From NCBI GenBank assembly GCA_030704615.1, contig CM060731.1:95232001-95296000 (forward strand): a stretch of DNA of 64,000 bases, read 5' to 3'. This document shows, piece after piece, positions 35,959 to 48,997 of this stretch. The position numbers were made by a program, and so were the translations under genes. The stretch is from Takakia lepidozioides. Its lineage: Eukaryota; Plantae; Bryophyta. Under the pieces are notes generated by a model. The model saw only the letters and a program-made list of their open reading frames with translations. It searched no databases and had not been told where the DNA came from. Within the stretch, counting starts at the first letter, position 1; every line of letters begins with the position of its first letter.

Positions 35959-38900
35959 ATGGAAGGCGCATTTGCGGAAATGGTCACCACATTGCAGAGT
36001 CTTCAGCTCCAGATGCAAGAACTTCATACATCTACCGCCCAATTGCAAGCTGATCAGTCTCAAGATCTTGGCAACGCTCTCCAAAATTTGCAACAACAAA
36101 TTTCAGAGTTAAAGGAGTCGAACAATGAATCTTCAACCATACGAGTCACTACTGCAACAACTCCTATTGCAACGGTTCCTCTTCAACAGACTACAAGAGA
36201 ACCAAATATCAGCATGCCCGAGAAATTTGATAGGACGAGATCAAGATTTCACGGTTTTGTTCAACAAGTACGACTATTCCTACGACTACATCCACAACGC
36301 TACCCCGATGAAGGTATTCAAGTGGGATTTGTGGGCACCCTTCTATCAAGCACTGCCCTATCTTGGTTTGCACCGCTATTAGAAAAAAATTCGCATTTAC
36401 TATATAATTTTTGAATCATTCATGTCCGAGTTCACTACAACGTTTGGAGAAAATGATAGAGAGAGAGTTGCAGAAACAAAGATGCGAAATCTTCGACAAG
36501 GAGCACGTCCTGCTTCCGTTTATGCTGCCGAATTTCAACAACTTACGTGCGACCTCGATTGGAATGAGAAGAGCCTCATTAGTCAGTTTCGATGTGGACT
36601 AAAAGATGATGTAGAAGATTTGTTGCTGACAATGCCAAACGTGAGCACACTGAGTGAATTCATCACCCAAGTCATTGCATGCGATAATCGTTTGTTCAAA
36701 AGACGTCAAGAGAAGCGATCTGGATGGTCGACGACGCATCATGTCACTACTACTACGACACCAAATACAACGATCCATCAGACATCCAGTAGTGATCCTA
36801 TGCAGATTGATGCTGTCTGATTCAAACCATTGACGCCACAAAAAAAACAAAGACGACGCTCGAATGGATTATGCCTCTATTGCGGAGAAGAAGATCACAT
36901 AGCATTAAACTGCCCCAACAAGAGAAGATTCAAAGCTCGGGGCACAACTCAAGTGTTTGATATGAGGAGGTTGGAAAACGACGATGTCCAGTCACAGTAG
37001 GGACCATGCAGCTGGACACCACAAATTCCTTACCGAAAAAATGTCTCTTTCTACCTCCAGACCCTGCACCTTGCTTCACAGTTCCGATAAAAATCAGAGT
37101 GCAAAATCGAGATATCGTTGTAGAAGCACTTTTGGACTCAAGAGCTTCAACTTGTTTTATGGACAAAAACTTTGCGAAGCAAAACAATTTAACGCTCGTA
37201 AAGAAAAAACTCTCGGCCCCCGTTGAAGTCATCGATGGACGACCGTTAGCATTAAGAAATGTGGACCATGAAACTCGACCACTTGAAGTGAAGCTTAAAG
37301 ATCAAGCATCACATATTGTTTTCAATGTCATCCAGTCTCCAACGAATCCTGTGATCCTTGGACTTCCCTGGTTCGTACTTCACAATCCCGACATCGACTG
37401 GCGATCGCGAAAAATTTCTGCAAGACAAAAATGTAGAAATATCAAAGGTATTCAACCCATATTCCTTGGAGCTAGAGCTTTCATGAGAGCTACAAAAAAA
37501 GAGGCGACATTTGCACTTTATGTGACTCCGATCAAGACCACAACAGACAAAGGTACTTCAACATTACCTGCTCAATATCAAAATTTCAAAGATGTCTTCG
37601 AGAAAAAAAATGCAGACATGTTGCCAGAACATCGACCTTATGACTGTGCAATTGAGTTACAAGAAGGAGCCCAATCTATAACTTATCCCAGACGGAGGTG
37701 GCTGCATTACGTGAATACATTGATGAAAATTTGTCGAAGCACTTCATCCGACATTCAAAATCACCCGCGGGGGCGCCTATCTTGTTTGTGAAAAAGAAGG
37801 ACGGATCATTACGCATGTGTGTCGACTATCGCAGTCCCAACAAAGTCACAATCAAGAATCGTTATCCGTTGCCGCTGATTTCTGGGCTTCTCGACCAGCT
37901 GGGACGAGCAAAGATTTTCACCAAAATCGACTTGAGAGGAGCCTATAACCTTGTACGGATAAAAGAAGGAGACGAATGGAAAACAGCTTTTCGAACAAGG
38001 TATGGACATTTTGAATACAGTGTTATGCCTTTCGGTCTTACCAATGCTCCAACAATTTTCCAACATATGATGAATGACATCTTTCGAGAATTTTTAGATG
38101 ACTCTGTAGTCATCTATTTGGACGACATTTTGATATTTTCACAGAATGAAGAAGAACATGGCCGCCATGTACGCCTTGTCATTGATAAATTAAGATAAAG
38201 ATGATTATATGTCAAGTTGGAGAAATGTCTTTTTCATCAATCTGAGGTCGAATTTCTGGGCTACATTATTTCCGACAAAGGCGTCTTTATGGATCAGAAG
38301 AAAATATAAACCATCATCGAGTGGATTAAACCAACTTCGATCCGAGATGTACAATGTTTTCTGGGCTTTGCAAATTTCTATAGAATCTTCATCAATGACT
38401 ACTCCAAAATTGCTGCACCGTTGACACGACTCACAGGGAAGGACAAATTTGTATGAGATGAGAAGGCTGACCAGACATTTGAAAGGCTGAAGCAGGCATT
38501 TACAACGGCTCCAATACTGGTACATGCAGACCCATCTAAGCCATTCTTCTTAGAAGCAGATGCATCGGACTTTGCACTTGGCGCGGTACTCTCGCAATAC
38601 GATACAGATGGCCGACTCCACCCTGTTGGTTTCGTTCTCGCAAATTTTTCGCTGCGGAGATCAATTATGAAATCCATGACAAAGAACTTCTAGCGATTAT
38701 CGATGCTTTTGAGGAGTGACGACATCTATTGGAGGGAGCTAAACATCAGATCATTGTCTATACCGATCACAAAAACCTCGAATATTTTATGAGTGCTCGT
38801 GTTTTGAATCGACGTCAAGCGAGATGAAGTACGTCACTAGCAAGGTTTGATTTTGTTATTACCTACCATCCCGGACATCTTCAAGGAAAACCAGATGCTC

Positions 38901-40483
38901 TTTCTCGACGATCGTATCTTGCACCAAAAGAAGGGGATGCAGTTTTTGACCAACAAAAATCCATTATCTTGAAACCAGCAAATCTCCAATTGAATATGCT
39001 ATCCATGTCCACCTATGACGATGCAGAGATCATAAAGGAGATTCAGGAAACACTGAAGAGCGACCATTTTGCTACGACACTACGAAGTCAACTAAATCAA
39101 CCTCGAGACAACCCATATGTTACAAACGACTTCGAATTCAAAGATGACTTACTTTACTTCAAGGGACTTCTCTATGTACCTCCAGGACCTACACGACTTC
39201 GAATTCTTCAAACATGTCATGATCTTCCGGCTGCAGGACATTTCGGCTTCAACAAAACATTTGAGTTGATATCCAGGGACTATTGGTGGCCGCAGATGTG
39301 GAAACTCGTGAAAGAATTCATAAAATCTTGTGACACGTGTGCTAGAGCGAAGGGACCACGACATCGACCTTACGGCCTTCTTCAACCATTACCCATTCCC
39401 AAGGGTCCATGGTCGTCCGTGTCTATGGACTTTATTACAGACCTTCCGATTTCCAAGACCATCGATTCAATCCTTGTTATTGTAGATCGTTTTACGAAGA
39501 TGACACATTTCATTCCATGTAATAAGACGGTTACTGGCGAGGAAACTGCAAGACTCTTCCTCAATAATATCTACCGCATTCATGGACTCCCGAAGGATAT
39601 CGTATCTGATCGAGGACCACAGTTCATATCAAATTTCTGGAGGGGATTATTTCACATATTGGATATTAAGATCAACCTCTCTACAGCTAATCATCCACAG
39701 ACTGATGGTCAAACCGAACGTGTAAACCAGATTTTGGAGCAGTATCTTTGCTGTACGATAAATTATCACCAAGATAATTGGACGGACCTTCTGTTATTGG
39801 CTGAGTTTGCCTACAACAACACTATACATTCTTCGACCAAGCAAACTCCATTTTTCTCCAATTATGGTCATCATCCTCGAGCAAACCATTTCCACATGAA
39901 GACTGTTGGAAGCCCTGCTGCAGAAAACCTTGCTATTCATCTAGCTACGATTCACAATGAGCTTACATCCCACCTCGCAGAAGCTCAAAAACAATACAAG
40001 GAGTATGCAGATCAACGTCGCCAACTCCAACCCCAGTTCAAGGTCGGAGATCGTGTGTGGCTTCTTCGACGAGACATACAAACCTCGCGACCATCAAGGA
40101 AGTTGGATTATCAACGCCTGGGACCATTCAAAATTATTCGACAAATAAATCCGGTCAGTTTTCGGCTTGAACTCCCACAAAGTATGTGCATCCATCCAGT
40201 CTTTCATGTTTCATTATTGGAGTTGTATCATCCATCGAATATTCCAGGAAGAGTCTCCGTACCACCTCCATCAGTCGAAGTCAATCAAGAACTTGAGTAT
40301 GAAGTCGACGAAGTCCTAGACTCTCGCATCAAGTATAAACGTCTTGAGTATTTCGTACATTGGAAAGGCTACGACATCAGCGAACTGACGTGAGAACCTT
40401 CATCCAACCTCGCCAATGCATCTGACAAAGTCCAAGAGTTTCATCAACAATATCCAGCTAAGCCCCGAGTTACACGTCAATAA
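35959..40483 (+). pseudogene. gag-pol (PR-RT-RH-INT-chromo) of the chromovirus, multiple premature stops
   Basis: ORF fragments 35941-36414, 36422-36820, 37006-37791, 37698-38198 and 38969-40393; several TGG>TGA stops. Confidence 0.92.
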
Positions 40484-41275
40484 GACGTCACAACGATGAT
40501 GTCAGCTTCAAGGTGAAGACTTCACATTCAATGTACCTGATACACGCTAAGGAGGGAGGAGCACGAGGTTAGCTATTTCATGAGCATGAGCGGCATGAGC
40601 GGAGTAGCAAGACAATCGGTTTTCATGAGCAGAAGTACAAATTTCGAAAATAAAAAACATTATAAAACATTAATTTAATGCAATGTGTCAGAAAAAACAA
40701 ATATATTATTCGGCACCTTGAAGGGAAAATTGTAGTTTTGAGAGTTGTGCTCATGATATTTCGTCTTCCGCTCATGCCAATTCCCAACGACATGTGCAAA
40801 AATGGCGCCGAATTTCGCGGTAATAGGGTCCGTAACCGGAAAGAACCGCGACGTATTTCGCGGTAATAGGTCTCTCTGGCGAAAAATGGTGCCGAATTCC
40901 GCGGCTATAGGTCCCCTCAGGACAGGTGTGTAAGCCCAAAATTTGGAAATGTGGCGCCGAATTTCGGTACATGGTGCCGGGGATTGCACAGATGTTGGGC
41001 AGTTCTGGGCCATGTAACTGGAAATTCGGCGCCATTTTTCCAGACACAGGGGTACCAGTGCATGTTGGGACTTAGCCAGTTTTCGGCCCAAAATAGAGAA
41101 ATTCGGCGCCATTTTTCCAGAAATGGCCCCACAACTGCTTCTGTTGGATCTCAGTTTCAATGGAATATTGCCTCATTCCAGGAGTTTTGGGGTGCATTTC
41201 ATTACACTGCAAAAAAAAATCTGATACATGAAAATGCAATTGAAAATATCCATATGGAGGATTCCCTTTGCCCCA

Positions 41276-44200
41276 TCAATGATTTCTGGAATCCCTAAGG
41301 AGGAGTTTGTGCAGCTCGTTCACGCTCAACGCCGGTGCATGAATAAAGTCATCAATAGTCACGTTCATCCTCAACCTCTTCAGGTAAATGTAATACAGAT
41401 GCTTGCACGGATAATACTTTGAACCCTTCTTTGCTTCCATCAACAAGAAGTCCGTACAATTGCAAGTCGGCTCCACTCCAATCGTAATTGTGTATACATC
41501 GTCGCGTACAGCCAAGCCGGCCGTTGCCATCCGATAAACACGCCCAAGGCCGGGTGGAGGTACATCCACGGAGCTCTGAATAGTGCAAGCCATCCCAAGA
41601 GCATTAGCAATCCAAGTCTCATTCAACTTGTTGGGAGGGTGTCGTCTCTTCACTCTTCCGAATCGCATTGTGGGATGTGCAGAATTGTCCAATCCGTCTC
41701 TACTGGACCGAGCAGTCTGCAATGGTTGGGTCTGAGGAACTGGAAAGGCGTGGGCCGGGACGTCTGTGTGTTGCACCATTCAAAATCCTGCTGCAGATAG
41801 AGCATCCGCCTCATTCTGAGAGAGGCTGCAACCCGGTGCAACAGGCCAGACGCTCGGAGGCTCCGGCATTCCCTGAATCCTATACTTGGGCTTGCCAAAT
41901 ACACAGGTCATTATGTCGTGCCTACAGAACCAAAACATCTGCGTTGTGGCGTGAGCAAATGTGGGAGTCAAAAATCTGTCGCTGAAACAAGGTGCAGGTA
42001 CAGCACCGTGTGGGTTTCCTCCGAATCATCTCACCACAGCATACTCTCGTATCCACCCGAATGGCGCAGCACTTCCCTCGAAATGCCGGCAATGTCCTTG
42101 CAATTCTCCACTGTGACTCCGACACTCTTGTCTCCACAATGGGTATGTTGTACTGCGTTACTACAGATGGCTCGTTATGTTCCTCGGGCACGTGCCCTGT
42201 GCTCAAAGAAGATGGCGATCTTGAATGTGCAGGACTTGCGGTGCTCGACGAGACCTCCTCGGGCAACATCACGGGACCACGAGGGAGCGTGCGAATATTC
42301 TTGTCAGCTCGCCATGAATCCTCTTCCCCGCCAGGTGCCTCGTCAAGTCTTCGTCTCATTGGACGGGTATGAACATCTCCTTCCAAATGTTGGCCTCTTC
42401 GAAGCAATGGCGTGTCCCGAAGGCCCTCTCGCAAGGCCGCCGCCCACTTCCAAGGATTCTTCGATCTGGAGGCAGTCCGCATCAGCATTTCCTGCCTGTC
42501 CGGCCCCAAGCCCCACTGTTTCTCTTTCAAGAACTCGTTGTACCTGCATTGCTGCATAATTGACCTCACAATGTCCTCCGTTGTGGCAGTGAGGATGTCC
42601 ACCAGATGCGCCGCAGAGGAGGCACGCAAAGAAGAATGCACTGATTCGGCCATGTTTGTCGTGGGCATGTCGGTGTCGGAGTCGAGACACATTTCTTGCA
42701 CAAGCACATGTTGAGGTTACAAGCAAGTTACAAATAATGCCAAGAATAATATTCAACGGGACGCAAATTCGTGCAACTCACCTCCCACATATAGTCGCCG
42801 AACTGGAGGAAATGATAATGCCACCATGCTAGCCAACTGACCATTGCTCCCTCGTCTGATTTCCTTACAGCACCTGACGATGTCCACCAAGCCCGTATAC
42901 ATGCAAACTGTGTCTCTGCATCATCCAAGGTGGGAGCGCGCTTCCACGCAAGACACATGGAACGGTGCTCCTCTCTGAAATCTGGCGCCACGAGCCTGGT
43001 TGTGTACTGCGAAAGGCTCTGCAGAAAATGGAACCCACAAGATCTCTCCTTGCCTTCCATGGGAACATTGGGGTCTTGCCCGTACACTCTTCGGATGGCA
43101 GCCCAATTTGCTTGTGCGTTGTCCGCCATGAAACCACGGAAATTGGGAGGGGGCAATCCCGCCTTGGCCATCTGTTCGTTTATTCCCTGCCAAAGAAGCA
43201 TCTCCGATTGTGTGTCCTCTCCTTTCATCTCACAAATAGCAATTGTCATTAGCATCCTGCAGTGGGTGTCGTAGACATGTGCACCCATTGTCACCCACTA
43301 GTGATTTGTAATTCCCTTGATATGGTCGAACATGACCCAACTGTTTGACAAGTCCCCACTCGTCATCCTGTCGACCAGTTCGACGCCGCTGCCAGGCCCA
43401 CACGTGGACATTTTGAATACGAAACAACAATCTGCCTCAGTCCCTTGTCCTGGAAACCTACTTCCATGAATGTAGTCATATCCACATCGTCGCTTCACCT
43501 CCAGAATGGAGTGCATATCCGAGCCACGCCCAATTTTCTGTTTGCATGAGACAATGTGGTTTCAGACATTCAGTGAACAGACGTGGGACACCGACTCCAG
43601 CAATGCCTCCATTTCCTTCTCATCGAGAGGAACTCTATCGGAGCCGTCTTCTGACATAATTCTGGCCAATGCCATCTTATGGGCGGCTTGGAGCTGTATC
43701 TGTTTGGGTTTGGCACCCGGTCTCAACTTAACCTCCTCCTGAACGAGCTGCTTTGCCTCGTGGGCAGCCTCCCGCGAGTTCCCCCTCGCCAATTTGTGAC
43801 AATGGGAACCAACGTGTATGCAAGCTCGGGTGAGGTCAGGGAAACGGTGCAACACATAGAACTGCTTGGCATTACAAACAGACATGCAGTGTGGTGGTTC
43901 TTTGCAATGCGCACACTTAAATGTGGAGTTTGGAACCTTCTCCTGAGCTCGAAATGGTTGATGAGCTGTGCCTGTTCAATCGGTCTCGTTCCTGTGACCT
44001 CTGGATTTAAAATGGAAGCAAGTTGGGGAGAAACACCGCAACAGGCCCGCACAAACAACGTAGCGCACCCGCACACCATCGAGCATCTTCATGCTGGTGG
44101 TTTTGGTGACGCACCAAGGATGACCGTCATGTTTTCTATCTATATCTGTCAACATTCCGGACGCCCTCAAGTAGTCCGTCCGAGGAGGGAACTCAAAGAA

Positions 44201-44869
44201 GATATTACCGTCGACGTCTGCAGGAAGGCATGTATCCAATTTAATTGCGAACTTGCTGTAGTCCAGCCCGGCCAGCTCCGAGTGGTGTCCATCCATGTGA
44301 AGCCCTCGCATAATTTCAAGAATGGATCGAACTGCGGTGCTCGTGTTGGGAATATGACTCCCTCGTCCACTGACGTCCATTGAGGACTTGCCTGATCTCC
44401 AAGACGATCTCGGAACTTCCATGACCTCATCGGAGTCGGACAGGTTGTGAACAACCCGGTTCTCGCTCGTCTTCATTGATGGGTTGGGCTCTGGATTTAC
44501 TTCGTTGCGGACTTCTCTCTTTGAGGTACCCACTCTCTGATTCGCGGATTGTTTCGTGGAAGGCGCTAGGATAGAAGGTGCATTTGGCGGGCAAATGAAG
44601 TCCCCAACCGCCCTGTATATGACGTTGTCCGATGGTGGAACTCGCCATTCCCTGCCATCGCCGAAATCATCGTGGAGCACAACAATACTCTTGACAACAA
44701 CGCCGTTTGAGTCCTTAATTTCTTCCTCCAAAAAAACCGACCCCGGTTTCAGGTGGTATCGAACGCACAGATATGTCTCCATCACACGGCAGATGTCCCC
44801 TCTGCACGGAAATGAAGCTCTATGCTCGTGAGGAGGGCAGTACACTGTAGCGCTCGGGTTTTCCGCCAT
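41276..44869 (-). pseudogene. MULE transposase of copy 2, inactivated
   Basis: Closely similar to 9914-13506 with stops near 43976, 43562, 43298 and 41780 and a frameshift near 42015. Confidence 0.92.
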
Positions 44870-45109
44870 GGGAGATGTGCACACAAGACTGCCAGGATGG
44901 CGTGCGGGCAAGCTCCCTGGTAGAAGGGGGATGCACCGATGGGAAGGAATGTGGTGCCGATTTGTCCGAGCGACGAAGCCTAATCCAAATCCAGGGAGCC
45001 AACTATCTCAAAAATCCACAGTCAGAGTGTTAATGAACATTGTCTCCGGAATGCGGCCCCCGGTCTTTGCGCAATAACTGCCAACGGTATGTAGTCAGAA
45101 AGTGGGGGG

Positions 45110-46870
45110 CCGCCCGGATGATGTCAGCTGAAGGGGAGAACCCGGCACCGGGCCGTCACATTACAACCCCCGGATGGAAATTCGGCACCGAATATCCAAC
45201 AGGGGCCGCCCGGATGAAGTCGACTCGGGCGGAGAGGCCGGCACTTGTCTGACAGAGAACATCCCCCGGATGGAAATTCAGCGCCGAATTTCCATCCGGG
45301 CCCCCCCAAAGGAAGTCGTGTCGGGGGGTCAGGCCGAAAAGTGGCCGACATAAAAACCTCCCCGGATGGAAAAACGGCGCCGAATTTACATCTGGGGCCG
45401 TTCGGATGCAGCCGGCTCGGGGGGAGAGGCCGGCACATGGCCGTCACATTACAACCCCCGGACGGGAATTCGGCACCGAATATCCAACAGGGGCCGCCCG
45501 GATGAAGTCGCCTCGGGCGGAGAGGCCGGCACCTGTCCGACAGAGAACATCCCCCGGATGGAAATTCGGCGCCAAATATTCAACAGGGGCCGCCCGGATG
45601 AAGTTGACTCGGGCGGAGAGGCCGACACCTGTCCGACAGAGAACATCCCCCGGATGGAAATTCAGCGCCGAATTTCCATCCGGGCCCCCCTAAAGGAAGT
45701 CGTGTCGGGGGGTCAGGCCGAAAAGTGGCTGACATAAAAACCTCCCCGGATGGAAAAATGGCGCCGAATTTACATCCGGGGCTGTTCGGATGCAGTCGGC
45801 TCCGGGGGAGAGGCCGGCACCTGGCTGTCACAATACAACCCCCGGGCGGAAATTCGGCACCAAATATCCAACAAGGGGCGCCGGAATAAAGTCGACTCGG
45901 GCGGAGGGGATGGAAAACCGGCGCCGAATTTCCATTCGGCATTTAATCGCAATTGCGGCCAGATGGAATTTCGGCATCGAATTTCCATTTAGGAACTACG
46001 AGGGATGGAAAAGAAGCAAGGAATTTCTCTCAACCAGTCGATAATACCCTGGAAACTGTGTCTAAAACATAAGGTTTTGTCTTTTAAGACCAAAAAACCA
46101 GCGCCCACGCTCAGAATTACCTGCAGGATGGTCATTCGGCGCTTCGACTTACCTGGCGGATGGGAAATTCGGCTCCGAATTTCCATCCGGCCGCGCTCCG
46201 AGTTACCTGTTTGATGGAAATCCGGCGCCGGATTTCCATCCGGCCGCGCTCCGAATTACCTGCAGGATGGAAATTCGGCGCCGTTTTTCCATCCGGCCGC
46301 GCTCCGAATTACCTTTGGGATGGAAATTCGGCGCCGGATTTCCATCCGGCTGCGCTCCGAATTACCTGCAGGATGGAAATTCGGCGCCGTTTTTCCATCC
46401 GGCCGCACTCCGAATTACCTCTGGGATGGAAATTTGGCGCCGGATTTCCATCCGGCCGCGCTCCAAATTACCTGCAGGATGGAAATTCGGCGCCATTTTT
46501 CCATCCGGCCGCGCTCCGAATTACCTGTAGGATGGAAATTCGGCGCCGGATTTCCATCCGCACGCGCTCCGAATGGAATGCAGGATGGAAATTCGCCGCC
46601 GGATTTCCATCCGGCCGCGCTCCGAATTAGCTCTAGGATGGAATTTCGGCGCTGTTTTTCCATCCGGCCGCGCTCCGAATTAGCTCTGGGATGGAAATTC
46701 GGCGCCGGATTCATCCGGCCGCGCTTCGAATTACCTGCAGGATGGAAATGCGGCGCAGGATTTCCATCCGGCGTCTCCTGGATGAGAACGGGTCGGGCGG
46801 AGGGATGGCCTCGTTGCGTCATACTTCATCCGCTAGATGGAAATTCGGCGCCGATTTTTTCCATCCAGCG
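45110..46870. repeat. Intergenic palindrome array of copy 2 (~51-bp units at 46150-46780)
   Basis: GGATGGAAATTCGGCGCCG(G/T)(A/T)TTTCCATCCGGCCGCGCTCCGAATTACCT repeated. Confidence 0.92.
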
Positions 46871-47985
46871 GGCGATTGACGTAGTTGCGCATTAAATGTC
46901 CTCCGCCGTCGGTTTTGAACCGGGCTGGCGACACAAGGATTCCGCGCTTGCTTCCCGGATACGCCTTGGAAACCTGATGCTAAACTTGGATAAACTTCTA
47001 TTCGAGGCATGTACGCACACATACTGTGAGATCTTTTTTCTTTTGCTGGGACTTATGCCGCGTGGAGAAGGGCGTGGCTCTCCTGAGAGAAACCCCACAT
47101 CCAGACCGCGGCGGAAGCTCAAGGCTTTGTACTACGGGTGACGTCCAACCTCTCGCATGGCCAAACTTAAGCTCCAGCAGGAAACTCCATTGTCTTGCTC
47201 ACAGCCCGCGCCAACTGAAGCCGAGCACTCTCAGGTTCTGCCCCTTCCTCTTTCGGTTTTCTTCGTTTTTTTAGTTTGTTTTCACATCTTCCGCCTGGCA
47301 GCCCTGGAAGCGCATGGTTGCATCGCAAAAGCACGAATTGTTGAGAAGAATGATCAAGGTCAGAGTGGTTAGAAAGGAGCAAGGTCGTTGCTGCATTCAG
47401 ATTGCTTGCCAGGACAGGGTGCACACCTCGCTGTAGATAACAGGTTGCATCTCGGAATTAAGGAAATCTATGCTGAGCTGAGAAGATTGTCTGAGCAGAT
47501 GAAGTGCCTTCAAAACATTTCACCCTGTTTTCCCGTCTTATGGAATTCGTGTTCATTTGTTCATCGTGTTTCATGTTGATTTCTGCAAGTTACTGGTTGA
47601 GTGAACCTTAGATAGTTTGCAATGCGTGTGCAAAGCCGGCAGCTCTGGAGAAGGCTGCTTGTGCATGTCATTCTTAGGCATTGGTTGGATTTGTTTTCAT
47701 TGTTGTTCCAAGGCACTCCATACTTGGTTTTGTTTTGTTTTCATTGTTGTTCCACGATTGTTGCGATGGTGGGTGCGCTGCTCGTGGCGGATGGTGGTTT
47801 TCATTCCGATGTTGGTTCTCACGATTTTTGGGAATGATAGAGTGACGACGAGCCCGGCACGCTGGTGGTATCATCGACAGCTCCAACTCATCGCATGTTT
47901 GGATCGCCCAACTTGGGGCGGGAGGGCAAACTAAAACCTTTTGTTGGTGGACGGGAGGACCTGCAGCGAGAGTACGACAGAATAG

Positions 47986-48959
47986 TGTCGCGCGGCTTTT
48001 ACTCACCCATCCCTTCGCTATCCGAGGCGGAAACTCCAAGATAGAAGAGTTGGAAATCTCTAAGTACTCAGCCCGCGCAGAACAATCAGTCATGACCTAC
48101 AGCTAGTGTATCATGGGGGTGTTTCCTATTTGTTTCCTTTTCCGCATTCATCTTAGCTACCTTATCATTGATAATTAAGTATCAGTTTGCTTCATCAATT
48201 TATCGGTTTCCTTAACTCCTCCATTCAATCCACAGCTTCACTCAGATCTCTCTACACAGTGTGATTGTATCGTATAAGTATCAGATTATGATTTATCAGG
48301 TATCAGGCCGAAGCCATTATGTCTCTAATCTGCTCTACAATATCACTCTAGCTTTGCATATGACAAACATCTACTAATCCTCTTTTCTCCTTCATCGTGC
48401 TCTCCGATCTCCGCTCCCGCCTGTCTCCGAAGTCCTCCCCCAATAATGATCCCCTTCCTATTCCCCGTTCTTCCCTTTATCCTCCTATCCGCGGTTCTAA
48501 CCGTTTCCCTCTCTAACCGTCGTATGTGAACTAACATGTTCCCTTCACTGGTGTTGTTCCCCACAGTCGTTCCCTGTCCTACTCTTCGTTCCCTATTATC
48601 GTGACAGCTGTGTCAAGCGGTGACTGGCTGTGTTTGGCTGTGTCGGGCTGTGACTGGCTGTGTGGCTGTGCCGGGCTGTGACTGGCTGTGTGGGCTGTGT
48701 CTGCTGTGACGACTGTGACGGGCTGTGTGGGCTGTGTGGGCTGTGACGACTGTGACGGCTGTGTGGGCTGTGACGACTGTGACGGGCTGTGTTGGCTGTG
48801 TGGGCTGTGACTGCTGTGTCGGCTGTGTGGGCTATGTAACCCCCCTCTACAGTGCGCTGCTGTCACCCCTAAGGTTCCTGTTTGTCTCAGTCTGTGCAAA
48901 AATTAAGGGTACCCTACAGATCCCGTATAAGTGTCTAAGTCCCCTACAGTCCTCTAACA
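47986..48959 (-). repeat. 3' LTR of copy B
   Basis: TG...CA ends; nearly identical to 60291-61234 apart from the CACAG array. Confidence 0.95.
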
Positions 48960-48976
48960 TTACCCCTTCCCCCCTC
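48960..48976 (-). promoter_or_regulatory. Polypurine tract
   Basis: GAGGGGGAAGGGGTAA immediately before the 3' LTR on the minus strand. Confidence 0.9.
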
Positions 48977-48997
48977 AAAAAGCCGTGTCCTCACGGT

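Larger units (their letters stand above)
35292..40564 (+). mobile_element. Ty3/gypsy chromovirus (Tcn1/Tf1-like), interrupted in its 3' region by MULE copy 2
   Basis: LTR TGTCACGG...TTGACA; gag PEKFD, DPMQID, CLYCGEEDHIALNC; protease LLDS(R)AS; RT YLDDILI; integrase H..GHFG, SMDFI; chromodomain YEVDEVLDSR...YFVHWKGY. Confidence 0.93.

Noticed and set aside
47674-48093. 139-aa ORF starting MTDCSARAEY
   Set aside because: 3' LTR copy of the 5' ORF start reading out into flanking MULE sequence
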